Counted from the first letter of the stretch, positions 1 to 9,971 are shown. The stretch: 54,874 bases of DNA from Actinomycetota bacterium (GCA_016208465.1 JACQXZ010000012.1:3141-58014), one strand, 5' to 3'. Notes: generated by a model not told the origin, from the sequence alone. Numbers and translations: made by a program.

Positions 1-105
1 TTCTCACCCCTCCTTCAGCCATCAATTACCCCTCTGCAAGTTATCTTAAGCTCCTCCGTTGAAATTTTAAGACTCTGAATCATAAAGACTAAAGCCTAAT
101 ATATT

Positions 106-867
106 TTATTCTATAAAAATTGACAAACATCCTACCAAAATTCCAAATAAAACTGATAAAATTATTTTGTTGTTTTCCCCTTTTGTAATTCCCTCAATCT
201 CATGAGCTTCAGGCAACATATCTGCTACGGCTACATAAAGAAAGGAACCAGCAGTAAAGCCTAACACCAATCCCAAATTTACAGATAGTCCATAAGCAAA
301 ACCATAATAAGTAATTAAAGCTCCCAACGGAGTCATTATAGCAAATAAACTCAGAAGCAAAACAATTATTTTCCTGGAATATTTCTTACACAAAAGAAGA
401 GTGCCAAGACAAAAACCGTCGGGAATTTTATGAGCAATAACAGCAATAGCTACTAAAATTCCTAATTTAAATGAGCTTGCTAATGCCCCGCCGAAAGCTA
501 ATCCATCAATTAAACTATGAATACTTATGCCAGCGAAAGAAAAAAAACCGATGGGTTCAAGACTTTTGCCGTGTTCAGGACAATTATGTTCAGTGGAAGG
601 ACAGAAATGAGTTTTAAAGACCTGCTCAATTACATAAAAGAAAGCAAAACCAACTATTGCCATTATATAAGCATTTTTGCTTTCTGAAACTGCCTCGGGA
701 AGTAAATCAATCAGCCCAATCGAAAGCATAAAACCAGATCCTAATCCCAGCCCAATTTTAAGCCGCAGGGACTTTCCTTCTCCAATCTTGAGGGCAAAAT
801 AACCCCCAATACCGCCCATTAAAAAAACAACAAGAGAAAAGATGAATAAAACAGATTGTTTTCCCAT
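106..867 (-). CDS. ZIP (ZupT/GufA) family metal transporter
   Basis: Multi-TM protein with HSLIDG and AHKIPDG motifs and a His/Cys loop (HFCPSTEHNCPEH). Confidence 0.85.
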   Translation of the reverse strand: MGKQSVLFIFSLVVFLMGGIGGYFALKIGEGKSLRLKIGLGLGSGFMLSIGLIDLLPEAVSESKNAYIMAIVGFAFFYVIEQVFKTHFCPSTEHNCPEHGKSLEPIGFFSFAGISIHSLIDGLAFGGALASSFKLGILVAIAVIAHKIPDGFCLGTLLLCKKYSRKIIVLLLSLFAIMTPLGALITYYGFAYGLSVNLGLVLGFTAGSFLYVAVADMLPEAHEIEGITKGENNKIILSVLFGILVGCLSIFIE

Positions 868-905
868 TTCCTAATCTCCCTCTATCTTCTGTGTTCTGTA
901 TTCTG

Positions 906-1583
906 CTAGGCAATCCAGACAAAAAGCAGCCCAATTATCACCATCAGAGTACCGCTGACTAAATTTATATACGAAGACCAGGTCTGAAGTCTCTCAAATT
1001 TACGAATCGCCCCCGCTGAAACACCAACAAGAAGTAAAGGAATTCCATGACCAAGCGTATAAACAAAAACCAAAGATGCCCCATAAACCAATTTACCTTT
1101 TGCAAATGTTAAAGCAAATATGCCAAGAAGACCCGGTAGACAGCAGGGACAAACAAGCAGCCCAAATACCAGACCCATAATAAAAGTTCCTGTGCCGCCT
1201 CTGTATTTTAGATACAATTTTCTAAAGTTATCAAGTCTTGAAGAGCTGGTTGGTAATCTTAACTTAATTATTTCCGCAAAATGCAATCCAAGCAAAATTA
1301 TTGCAATTCCAATAATATAGTAAAGACATACCCCCATCTGAACCTGATTTGCGGCAAGAAATCCTATTGAACCCATAGCGCTGTAAGAAATAGTGAGTCC
1401 AATTAAAAAAATAAATGCCAGAAAAAAACCTTTTTTTCGGTTGAGGTTTTCTTCAGTCCCCAGATAACTTAACAACATCACAGCCCTGGCGAAAGTGCAC
1501 GGTCCTAAACTAGTTAGAGCTCCCAGAGAAAATGCTGCCAGATAGGCATATAATGGATTTGATAAAATTGATATTTTAAACAT
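906..1583 (-). CDS. ccdA: CcdA/DsbD-like transmembrane thiol-disulfide transporter
   Basis: About 6 TM segments; LGPC in TM1 and VCPCC in TM4; YTLGHGIPLL. Confidence 0.78.
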   Translation of the reverse strand: MFKISILSNPLYAYLAAFSLGALTSLGPCTFARAVMLLSYLGTEENLNRKKGFFLAFIFLIGLTISYSAMGSIGFLAANQVQMGVCLYYIIGIAIILLGLHFAEIIKLRLPTSSSRLDNFRKLYLKYRGGTGTFIMGLVFGLLVCPCCLPGLLGIFALTFAKGKLVYGASLVFVYTLGHGIPLLLVGVSAGAIRKFERLQTWSSYINLVSGTLMVIIGLLFVWIA

Positions 1584-1604
1584 TTACTAAAACAAACCAT
1601 TCCC

Positions 1605-1949
1605 TTATAAATTTCTTGTCCACCAGACAAAAACAATTAAAAAAACAACAATTACAGATATAATTAACAGATTTATCAATCTACCCCCCATCCCCCCTTT
1701 GACAAAGGGGGGCGAGGGGGGATTATTTTCATGGATTTTTAATCCAGAATCTGAAATAAGTTTTCTTATATTATTTTCATCTATTACTTCTTCATCAAAA
1801 GAAACATTTAAAATAAATTCTTTATCATTGAAAGAAACTTTTTTAATTCCCGGTTTATTCAAAAGAACACTTTCCGCTAAATCTCTGGCACAATCAGCGC
1901 AGTGTACTTCGGGCAGATAAACAGCTAACTGCTTCAATTGATTACTCAT
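1605..1949 (-). CDS. Heavy-metal-associated (HMA) domain protein with C-terminal membrane anchor
   Basis: VHCADC motif near the N-terminus; hydrophobic C-terminal helix. Confidence 0.72.
   Translation of the reverse strand: MSNQLKQLAVYLPEVHCADCARDLAESVLLNKPGIKKVSFNDKEFILNVSFDEEVIDENNIRKLISDSGLKIHENNPPSPPFVKGGMGGRLINLLIISVIVVFLIVFVWWTRNL
1684..1722. repeat. GC-rich palindromic repeat inserted in frame in the HMA gene
   Basis: CCCCCCTTT-GAC-AAAGGGGGG hairpin with C/G-run flanks; encodes NPPSPPFVKGGMGG. Confidence 0.75.
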
Positions 1950-2506
1950 CTTGGTTCCCTTTTCTTAAGTTTATCCTCAATTTTTTTAATTCGTTCTTTT
2001 GCTTCAATTTCAGGAAACATTCTTTTAAGTTCTTTTAATTCACTAATTGCTTTTTCAAACCTTCCTGTTCTATCATAAACATTTACCAACATACGGTGTG
2101 ATAATAAATGTTTCTTTTCCAGCTTCAATGATTTTTTAAATAAGCCCTCAGCCAGATAGTATTTTTTCTGTTCGAATAAGATTAATCCAAGATAAAAATA
2201 ATTATCATGTTCTTTGGGGTCAAGTTTGATAGCTTTTTTATAAAGAGAAATTGCTTTATTTTTATCAGAAGATTGATATAAATAAGCGAGAAATGAATAA
2301 TAAGATGCATTGGTGGGATCAAGCAAAACGGCTTTTTTAAAAGCAATTATGCTTTCCTTCTTGTCGTTAAGATGGAGATATTGCTCTCCACGCCATGCAT
2401 TTAAATAAGCAATTATCGGCCTGAAAATTATAATAAAAGCGACAACTGACAAAACTAAAATTATCAAACGATCTCTTTTCGAAATCGCATAATTACTATA
2501 TTCCAT
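1946..2506 (-). CDS. Membrane-anchored TPR protein
   Basis: N-terminal TM; repeated TPR-type motifs (AVLLDP, AIKLDP, YFYLG). Confidence 0.8.
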   Translation of the reverse strand: MEYSNYAISKRDRLIILVLSVVAFIIIFRPIIAYLNAWRGEQYLHLNDKKESIIAFKKAVLLDPTNASYYSFLAYLYQSSDKNKAISLYKKAIKLDPKEHDNYFYLGLILFEQKKYYLAEGLFKKSLKLEKKHLLSHRMLVNVYDRTGRFEKAISELKELKRMFPEIEAKERIKKIEDKLKKREPR

Positions 2507-2551
2507 TTTTCTCCTGTTTTAAAAATACATTATGCTACTGCTAATTAATTA

Positions 2552-3016
2552 TTATTCTATTTCCCAGACAAAAACCCTCTCTGAAACATCAAAGACATTT
2601 TTGATAATAAGCTTGATATACTTTGTCTTCTTTTTGAATCTTGAAAAAGATAAAATACCAGATCTGTGGTGACCACCGGGAGGAGAACCCTGCCATTTTA
2701 GAGGAAAATATTCGTTCCCACTGTCATCTTCCAATATTGATATTTTGGTCAGATCAAAATCCAAAGAACCCTCATGAACATCCACTGCTATCTTAAATTT
2801 AACCGGAAAAGCAGAGTTAAAATCCTTCGGTGTTACTTCTATAGACACATCATTCTCGTTATTTATTTTTGGAGGCAAATCAATACTCTGATTTTTTGAT
2901 GCTGTCTTAATTTCTGATGCGTTCTCAACCTTTAATGCAAGACTAATAGATACAATAGAAATAACAATTAAAGAGAGAATAATTACGGCGTTCCGAATAA
3001 CTTTCATGTTGTTCAC
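2552..3016 (-). CDS. Exported/membrane-anchored hypothetical protein with GGHH motif (putative metal binding)
   Basis: N-terminal hydrophobic segment; DVHEGSLD and PPGGHHRSG motifs; next to a Cu ATPase. Confidence 0.6.
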   Translation of the reverse strand: MNNMKVIRNAVIILSLIVISIVSISLALKVENASEIKTASKNQSIDLPPKINNENDVSIEVTPKDFNSAFPVKFKIAVDVHEGSLDFDLTKISILEDDSGNEYFPLKWQGSPPGGHHRSGILSFSRFKKKTKYIKLIIKNVFDVSERVFVWEIE

Positions 3017-3029
3017 TACAACCCACTCC

Positions 3030-5291
3030 TTATAATTTAACTTTCTTTAACAAAAGAGCATTGGTAACAACAATTATGCTCGAAGCGGCCATTATTAAAG
3101 CTGCCCATTCGGGTTTGAGAACAATCCCAAAAGGAAACAACAAACCTGCCGCGATAGGGATAGCAGCAGCATTGTAAGCGGTTGCCCAAAATAGATTTTG
3201 TTTCATTTTGCTCATAGTCTTATTACTTAATCTGATAAGCTTAGCTATATCTCTCGGATCATTTTTTACCAGAACTATATCAGCCGATTCTACAGCAACA
3301 TCAGTTCCTGCACCAATCGCTATACCTACGTCGGCTTGGGTTAAAGCAGGGGCATCATTAACTCCATCTCCCACCATCGCCACTTTTCCCCCATTTTGTT
3401 GCAGCTCTTTTACCTTGCTTGATTTATCTCCCGGTAAAACTTCTGCAAAATAAGTATCAAGACCAAGCTCGTCTGCCACATATTTTGCCGTAAGTTTATT
3501 GTCGCCGGTCAACATAGCAACTTTTACACCTATATTTTTTAGAGCTTTTACGGTTTCGTATGATTCTTCCCTAATAATATCCGATAGCGCTATCAGACCT
3601 TTGACTTCCTTGTCTGTTGCCACATAAACAACCGTCTTCCCCTGAGAAGAAAGCTTTTCCAGTTGTCTCTTTATTTTCTCTGTATCAAGTTTTAAAAAAT
3701 CCATTAGCGCTTTATTCCCAACATATATTTTCCCTTCTTCTATGTTGGCGCTTGCTCCTTTTCCCGGAATTGCTTCAAACTTCTGGACATTCGACAAAGA
3801 GACATTATTTTCTTTAGCTTTTTTAACAATACCTTTGGCAATGACATGTTCTGAGTTGACTTCCATCGCGGCAGACTTTCTTAAAATCTCATCTTCTTTC
3901 CAATCATTCAAAGACACAAGGTCAGAGACTCCAAATTCTCCTTTTGTAAGAGTGCCTGTTTTATCAAAAACAATAAAATCAATATTCTTTGCTATTTCCA
4001 TTGCCACCATATCCTTGATAAGCATCCCGTTTTTTGCGGCTAGCGTTGTAGAAATTGATGTTACAGTTGGGATAGCTAATCCCAGCGCGTGAGGACAAGC
4101 AATTACAAAAACAGTTATCATAAGCGTTAAAGCAAAAACTATTCCCGCTCCAACGATTACTGCCCAATATATAAATGTCAAAACCCCTACAATTATGGCC
4201 GTAAGCGTAAGATAATGAGCCGCTTTATCTGCCAGTTTCTGAGTTTTTGGTTTAGATGCCTGAGCGTTTTTTACCAGTTCTATAATTTGAGCCAAAGCAG
4301 TGTCTTTGCCTGTTTTTTCAACTTTTATTTTTATTGAACCTGATTCATTTATGGTGCCGCCAATTACTTTATCGCTGATCTTTTTAGATACAGGTTTTGA
4401 TTCCCCGGTAACCATTGATTCATTAATGCTGGTTTCCCCTTCAACAACAATGCCGTCTATGGCAACTTTTTCACCGGGACGAATCAGAATAACATCACTT
4501 ACTTTCAAATCAGCAGTATCAACTTCAACAATACTGCCTTCTTTAACAAGATTTGCTTTGGGAGGAATAAGTTTAACTAACTCATTAAGCGCTCCTGAAG
4601 CTCCCATAACAGCACGCATTTCCATCCAATGGCCAAAAACAAGGAAAAGAACAAGTGTTGAGATTTCCCAATAAAAATCCATAGCCTGAAATAAAAAAGT
4701 AGCTCCGAGACTATATAAATAACCGGAACCAACCGCCAGACTTACCAGCACATTCATGTCTAATATTTTACTTCTAAGAGACCTGACAGCTCCCCTGTAA
4801 AAAGGAGATGCTCCATAAACAGCTATTAAAGAAGAAAAGATAACCAGTAACGCGACATTAAAACCAAAATCCGGAACCGTTAACCCTATCCATTCCTGGA
4901 TGGTTGGAGATAAAAAAAGAACCGGTATCGTAAAAACCAAGGAAATAATCGTCTTTGCTCTAAATTCCTTAACCATCATCGCGTGATGGTTTTTATGTTC
5001 TTCGTGTTTCATTTTCTTGTGTTTCACATGCTCTTTATGTTCCATTTCTTCGTGAGCATCTTTTTTGGCAACCGAGCAATCATAGCCGCATTTTTTCATC
5101 CACTCGATTATTTCTTTTTTAGAAGTCATCCCCTGATGAAAAGTAACTTTCATTGTGTTATCCATTGGGTTAATGTTTACTTCAATTATGTGAGGATTTT
5201 CTTTCTTTAACTTTTCTTCAAGATTACAATGACAGCCGGGCGACATATATTCTTCGATTAACAAATCAACGGTATCGATACTCTTTTCCAT
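3030..5291 (-). CDS. copB: P1B-3 type copper-translocating P-type ATPase
   Basis: TGES, CPH in TM, DKTGT, GDGVNDAP; His/Met-rich N-terminal region. Confidence 0.9.
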   Translation of the reverse strand: MEKSIDTVDLLIEEYMSPGCHCNLEEKLKKENPHIIEVNINPMDNTMKVTFHQGMTSKKEIIEWMKKCGYDCSVAKKDAHEEMEHKEHVKHKKMKHEEHKNHHAMMVKEFRAKTIISLVFTIPVLFLSPTIQEWIGLTVPDFGFNVALLVIFSSLIAVYGASPFYRGAVRSLRSKILDMNVLVSLAVGSGYLYSLGATFLFQAMDFYWEISTLVLFLVFGHWMEMRAVMGASGALNELVKLIPPKANLVKEGSIVEVDTADLKVSDVILIRPGEKVAIDGIVVEGETSINESMVTGESKPVSKKISDKVIGGTINESGSIKIKVEKTGKDTALAQIIELVKNAQASKPKTQKLADKAAHYLTLTAIIVGVLTFIYWAVIVGAGIVFALTLMITVFVIACPHALGLAIPTVTSISTTLAAKNGMLIKDMVAMEIAKNIDFIVFDKTGTLTKGEFGVSDLVSLNDWKEDEILRKSAAMEVNSEHVIAKGIVKKAKENNVSLSNVQKFEAIPGKGASANIEEGKIYVGNKALMDFLKLDTEKIKRQLEKLSSQGKTVVYVATDKEVKGLIALSDIIREESYETVKALKNIGVKVAMLTGDNKLTAKYVADELGLDTYFAEVLPGDKSSKVKELQQNGGKVAMVGDGVNDAPALTQADVGIAIGAGTDVAVESADIVLVKNDPRDIAKLIRLSNKTMSKMKQNLFWATAYNAAAIPIAAGLLFPFGIVLKPEWAALIMAASSIIVVTNALLLKKVKL

Positions 5292-5315
5292 CTTTATCTG
5301 CTTTTGTCCAACATT

Positions 5316-6104
5316 TTAGCCCAAAACCTTTCTGGGAAATTTTTCTGTTTCTGACCTTTCCTCTCCCGGTGTTTTTATAACCACTTCGATATTATCCGAT
5401 CTTATGTTTATAATATTATAAGAAGGCTTTGTGTATCCTCTAGTCCTCCAGGTGCTTACCGTTCCACTATTAATGATTAACATATTCGCGACAGGCCAGA
5501 TATAGGGAACGTGTTTATGGCCAGACAAGACTAAGTCTGTCCCCGCTTTGCGAAGCTCTTCTAATACGTCTCCTGCATCCCAAACAATATTTCTCTCTCT
5601 TCCTGTTCCGGGCGTACTTACCAGGTGGTGATGCAGGACAAAAACTTTAAAATCATTTTCACTTCCAAATTGATCTTTTATCCACTGGTAATGATCACGA
5701 CCAATTTCTCCATCATCCAAATCTGGCTTGTTGGAATCAACAGCAACAATTTTAACTTTTTCCTGAAGCACGCCACCGCAACAGACACAAAAATTAAAGG
5801 TTACCGTTTGATAGCGGGGGCCAATCAATTCCTCAAAGTGAACGAAGCCTACATTTCTACAGTCATGATTGCCGGCGATAACCACTATTTGAGGACATTG
5901 GATTTGGTCAATGTAATCCTTTGCCTCCTCAAATTGCTCGCGATAACCAAAAGCCGTCAGATCACCGGGAACCACTACTAAGTCTGCAACTCTCTCATTT
6001 ATCTCCTCCAAAGCTGTTTGCATAAGCTTTTTATCAAAGCGATCATCTCCGCAGTGAAAATCGGAAAGTTGGATGATGGTAAAAGAATCCTTTGTCTGAG
6101 CCAT
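5316..6104 (-). CDS. Calcineurin-like metallophosphoesterase (CpdA-like)
   Basis: SDFH, GDLT, GNHD, HHH, GHKH motifs. Confidence 0.85.
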   Translation of the reverse strand: MAQTKDSFTIIQLSDFHCGDDRFDKKLMQTALEEINERVADLVVVPGDLTAFGYREQFEEAKDYIDQIQCPQIVVIAGNHDCRNVGFVHFEELIGPRYQTVTFNFCVCCGGVLQEKVKIVAVDSNKPDLDDGEIGRDHYQWIKDQFGSENDFKVFVLHHHLVSTPGTGRERNIVWDAGDVLEELRKAGTDLVLSGHKHVPYIWPVANMLIINSGTVSTWRTRGYTKPSYNIINIRSDNIEVVIKTPGEERSETEKFPRKVLG

Positions 6105-6254
6105 AACGCAAAATCTCCCTTCTAGCCTTCTTTCGCTTCGCTATTTTTCGAAATGCTTTTGAGATATGCCTAACATATAAGGGCTGTTGAAAAATCCTTT
6201 TCCTAATAGACAAGGTTTACTAACCCCGCATTATGGCAGGATGGGAATGTATTG

Positions 6255-7142
6255 CTAAATTTTCTTATTGTTTTTGTTTTTTCTTGGCTTTGATCCTCTT
6301 GGCTTGGTTTTAACGCCCTGTCTGCTTGTCGATAAAAAATATCCGCTGAAAAAGACACTAACAATAGCTATTATGCCAAGAACTATTATTAAGGTATTAT
6401 TGCCTGTTCCACTGCCGGATGCAGCCGCCCCCGGCGCCGAAGTCTGTCCACCCCCGGTTTGATCTTTTTTCTTTTCTACCGAAGGATTGGGATCGCTTTT
6501 TGTATAAGAAACCTTTATGCCAATTGGCTGATCCTTCTTAACAGATTTAAAACCGTAAAGATTAAGTTTAAAGCCAGCCGAATCGGTCGAACTTTCAGTT
6601 GAAGGAGGCTCTAGTTTAAAATTTGTTGACTTAAGCGGTTCCTGAACTTCTACTTTTAAATCATCAATCTCATAAACAGGCTTATAAATAAAATCAAAAG
6701 ACTTATTAGTGTCACCCTTAAGCGGATTATAATAATATTCAAAAAACAGTGTTGGGCGGCTTTGAACAACATAACTCAACTCATCATAATCTCCTTTGTT
6801 TACTCTTTGGGTCGGCTTACAAGTATGTCCGCCTGTTTCGGTAACTTCACAAGCCATTCCAATAAACGCATCTTTAGGAATAAGAAATTTGATTCTAAAA
6901 GGAAATTCATACGGCTGTTTAAGAGTTATGTTGTAAATAACTAAAACTCGTGGATCGTCATACTCAGGCCAGACCGAAAGATCTAACTTGCCTATTTTAA
7001 GGGCTGGCGAAGGCACATCATCTTCAGCGGCCAAAGCTACTCCGCTAAAACTAACAAAAAGCATTGACAGAGAAATGATAAAACTAATTAGTTTAAATAA
7101 TTTCTCCCTTCTAATCGAAACAAAATTTGTCATCTTATTCAC
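6255..7142 (-). CDS. Exported protein with signal peptide and C-terminal membrane anchor
   Basis: Signal peptide ending ALA; WPEYDDP motif; MAC...HTC Cys pair; Gly/Ser linker, TM and basic tail. Confidence 0.6.
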   Translation of the reverse strand: MNKMTNFVSIRREKLFKLISFIISLSMLFVSFSGVALAAEDDVPSPALKIGKLDLSVWPEYDDPRVLVIYNITLKQPYEFPFRIKFLIPKDAFIGMACEVTETGGHTCKPTQRVNKGDYDELSYVVQSRPTLFFEYYYNPLKGDTNKSFDFIYKPVYEIDDLKVEVQEPLKSTNFKLEPPSTESSTDSAGFKLNLYGFKSVKKDQPIGIKVSYTKSDPNPSVEKKKDQTGGGQTSAPGAAASGSGTGNNTLIIVLGIIAIVSVFFSGYFLSTSRQGVKTKPRGSKPRKNKNNKKI

Positions 7143-8191
7143 TCCATTCCTTTTTTCGACCCAAACAAAAATCCCAAGCTTTCGTATTTATTCATCGCAT
7201 ACTGATATACTGGTTTTAGTCTGGTGTATTTAAATAATTGAGTTACCCAAAAATCAGATATACTGCTAAAGGTTGACTGTTTTCTCTCTAAAACATCAAA
7301 ATATCTCCTGTGAGAAACAACAACATTTTTATATTTGCTTAAGCCCTCCTCTAAAGTTAATTTTTTATCAATAATCTCCTGAATAATGTCACCACAGACT
7401 TCGCCAAAATAAATTGCTGTTCTTATTCCTTCCCCTGTAAGCGGCAGACAATGACCGGCAGAATCTCCTGCTAAAAATATCTTGCCTACCACCGGCTCCC
7501 TGAATTCATGAGGGAAAAACCCGCCGTAAACCGAATTAACTTCTAATCCAAATTCATCTAAAAATTTGGCTAATTTTTTCTTTAGGGATGGATTTCTACC
7601 ATAACTTCCTATTCCAAATCTTGCCATTTTACCAACGGGAAAAACCCACGCATATCCATCTTTTATTGTCTTGGAATTATTATAAAAATAAAAATGCATT
7701 TCATCGGTTTTAAAATCAAGAACTGTCTCAATCCCAAAGCTTAATTTGGTTCTGTCAACAAAATTTTTTTCTAATGAACTCGCCAAAACAGCCCGCCATC
7801 CTGTTGCATCAACAATGCAGTCAGACTGAAATTCACCTTTGTCAGTAATAACTTTACCTTCGTTAAAAGTTTTCACTTTTGCTTTAACAAATTCGACCTG
7901 AATCTTCTTAAAAAATGATTCACAAAATTTCTTGTAATCAAAAGTGCAATATAAATTGTTTAAATCAAAATCGATCTCATCCAAAACTGTATGGACCTTT
8001 GCCTTTTCAAAAACCTGAAAAATTACTTCTTCACCGGCTATTCGCTTGACGAGACTGTAGGGAGCAGCGCAGGCAGACGTTTCATTTAATCCCACATCCT
8101 GCTTATCAATCAACAAAATATTCCCTTTAACTCTGCTTGCAACAGCCAAACCCGCAAAGCTGGCTCCTGCAATTATCACATCGTATTTCAT
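7139..8191 (-). CDS. FAD-dependent oxidoreductase, geranylgeranyl-reductase/FixC-like
   Basis: DVIIAGASFAG, DATG, GYAWVFP, AGDSAG...PLTGEGI; start moved to ATG 8191 because the longer ORF begins in a repeat tract. Confidence 0.8.
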   Translation of the reverse strand: MKYDVIIAGASFAGLAVASRVKGNILLIDKQDVGLNETSACAAPYSLVKRIAGEEVIFQVFEKAKVHTVLDEIDFDLNNLYCTFDYKKFCESFFKKIQVEFVKAKVKTFNEGKVITDKGEFQSDCIVDATGWRAVLASSLEKNFVDRTKLSFGIETVLDFKTDEMHFYFYNNSKTIKDGYAWVFPVGKMARFGIGSYGRNPSLKKKLAKFLDEFGLEVNSVYGGFFPHEFREPVVGKIFLAGDSAGHCLPLTGEGIRTAIYFGEVCGDIIQEIIDKKLTLEEGLSKYKNVVVSHRRYFDVLERKQSTFSSISDFWVTQLFKYTRLKPVYQYAMNKYESLGFLFGSKKGME

Positions 8192-8265
8192 ATACCTCTC
8201 GGTCCCCAACCTCTTATCTTCCCAATTTCCTATCTTCCGTTTCTTCCACCTCATATCTCGCGCTT

Positions 8266-9171
8266 CTATTTACCCGGAGAAGGAACAGTTGGTTGAGATT
8301 TTAACGTATTTAACTCGTCAACATACTTTTTAATCTGATTGTATTCCTGACCCCCTTGAGGGACCGCATTTAACGCCTGGTTGTACCACTTTAAAGCCTC
8401 ATCGTAATCCCTCTTAACTCCAGCATAATAAGCGCCTTTCGACCATAAAGCAAAACTATATTTTGGATCTACCCCAAGCGCCTTGTCATAATTTTGTAAT
8501 GCCTCATCATATTTTCCCTGCCCTTCCAACGAAACACCTAAATCAGTGTATCCCTCAGCATCATTAGGGCTCAAAGAAACAATTTTCCTGAAAATTTCTT
8601 CTCCTTTGGCATAATTTTTTGTATTATTATAGCTGTGCCCTAGACCATATAAAGCATTGAGATCATTCGGGTTTGCCTTAACTTTAGCTTCATAGCCTGC
8701 TATATCAGTTGACTGGCTTGAACCAGTTCCAGTAGCGCCTGTGGTTCCAGTGCTTGTTGGACTAATCCTTCCAGCCCAGACCACGATAAGCGCTACTACT
8801 AATACAACACTAACAATCCCGGCAATTACCCCAATTCTTTTGCGAGAATTACCGCTCTCTTCGTATTCCTCATCTTCGTATTCGTCTTCATAATCCTCAT
8901 CTTCTCCATACTCTTCTTCGTCGTATTCATCTTCAGTGTATTCGCTATCTTCTTCGTAATCGTCGTCGTACTCATCACCTTCGTCTTCATAACCCTCTTC
9001 CTCATCTTCTTCTTCAACATATTCATCATCTTCTTCGTATTCTTCTTCATCGTATTCGTCTTCATAGATATCATCTTCATCAGAACTACGGGACTCTATC
9101 ACATCATCATCAGAACCAAATGAATCAAACTGCTCTTTTTCATTTAAATTTTCATCTCGCTCATTTTTCAT
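8266..9171 (-). CDS. TPR protein with very acidic N-terminal domain and single TM
   Basis: About 105 aa D/E/Y-rich segment, TM, Thr/Gly linker, then TPRs. Confidence 0.75.
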   Translation of the reverse strand: MKNERDENLNEKEQFDSFGSDDDVIESRSSDEDDIYEDEYDEEEYEEDDEYVEEEDEEEGYEDEGDEYDDDYEEDSEYTEDEYDEEEYGEDEDYEDEYEDEEYEESGNSRKRIGVIAGIVSVVLVVALIVVWAGRISPTSTGTTGATGTGSSQSTDIAGYEAKVKANPNDLNALYGLGHSYNNTKNYAKGEEIFRKIVSLSPNDAEGYTDLGVSLEGQGKYDEALQNYDKALGVDPKYSFALWSKGAYYAGVKRDYDEALKWYNQALNAVPQGGQEYNQIKKYVDELNTLKSQPTVPSPGK

Positions 9172-9203
9172 TTTTCATTCCCCATTTACTCAAATAATAA
9201 ATT

Positions 9204-9971
9204 TTACTTTTCTGTAAGTCTCAATTTTTTACGCTCAACAAGTAAATCCTTTTTGTAAAATTTAATCAACAAGCAAGAAACTATTATAATTAATACACTT
9301 GCGCCTTGAGCATAAGTTAAAGGTTTTAAAATATATTCACTTGATCTGAATATTTCAACTATAGACCTTACGATAGAATAAAGAATCAGATATATCAAAA
9401 ACAAATGTCCTTCAAACTTTTTCCTGTCCTTCCACTTCCAGATAATAATAAAAACTATCAGATTTAAAACAGCTTCATATATCTGTGTAGGATGACGCTT
9501 CTCGGAAAACCCAATAAACTGAACACCCCATGGAAGCGTAGTAATCTTACCATAACTGTCTCCATTTAAAAAACAACCGATTCTGCCTATCGTTTGACCT
9601 AAAACTAATGATGGCGCAATAATATCAGCTAATTTTCCAAAAGAAATTTTGTGACGACGCGAAAACCAATAACCAACCAAAACCCCGCCTAAAAGCGAAC
9701 CATGAATTGCCAGTCCGCCTTCCTGAATCATAAAAATTCTTAGCGGGTTTTCTTTAAAATATGAAAGATCAAAGATTATGTAAACAAACCTGCCAAATAT
9801 AATTCCTGCTATAAGCAGATAAATTGCCAGATCGGTAATCGCATCTGGTGAAATTTTAGCTCTTATTGCCTCCCGGCGAGCAAGAAACAATCCAACCAGA
9901 AAACCAATCGCAACCATTACTCCCCAGGAATAAACTGAAATTGGACCTATTTCAAACAAAACCGGCCTCAA
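9204..9971 (-). CDS. lgt: Prolipoprotein diacylglyceryl transferase
   Basis: GGLAIHG, GRIGCFLNG, HPTQIYE motifs. Confidence 0.9.
   Translation of the reverse strand: MRPVLFEIGPISVYSWGVMVAIGFLVGLFLARREAIRAKISPDAITDLAIYLLIAGIIFGRFVYIIFDLSYFKENPLRIFMIQEGGLAIHGSLLGGVLVGYWFSRRHKISFGKLADIIAPSLVLGQTIGRIGCFLNGDSYGKITTLPWGVQFIGFSEKRHPTQIYEAVLNLIVFIIIWKWKDRKKFEGHLFLIYLILYSIVRSIVEIFRSSEYILKPLTYAQGASVLIIIVSCLLIKFYKKDLLVERKKLRLTEK

Noticed and set aside
6105-6254. Possible attC relic (GTTAGGC) or small zinc-ribbon ORF
   Set aside because: No pairing L boxes or matching R'' site; no convincing ORF
8826-9080. M/K/T-rich 84-aa ORF
   Set aside because: Alternative frame of the acidic low-complexity tract
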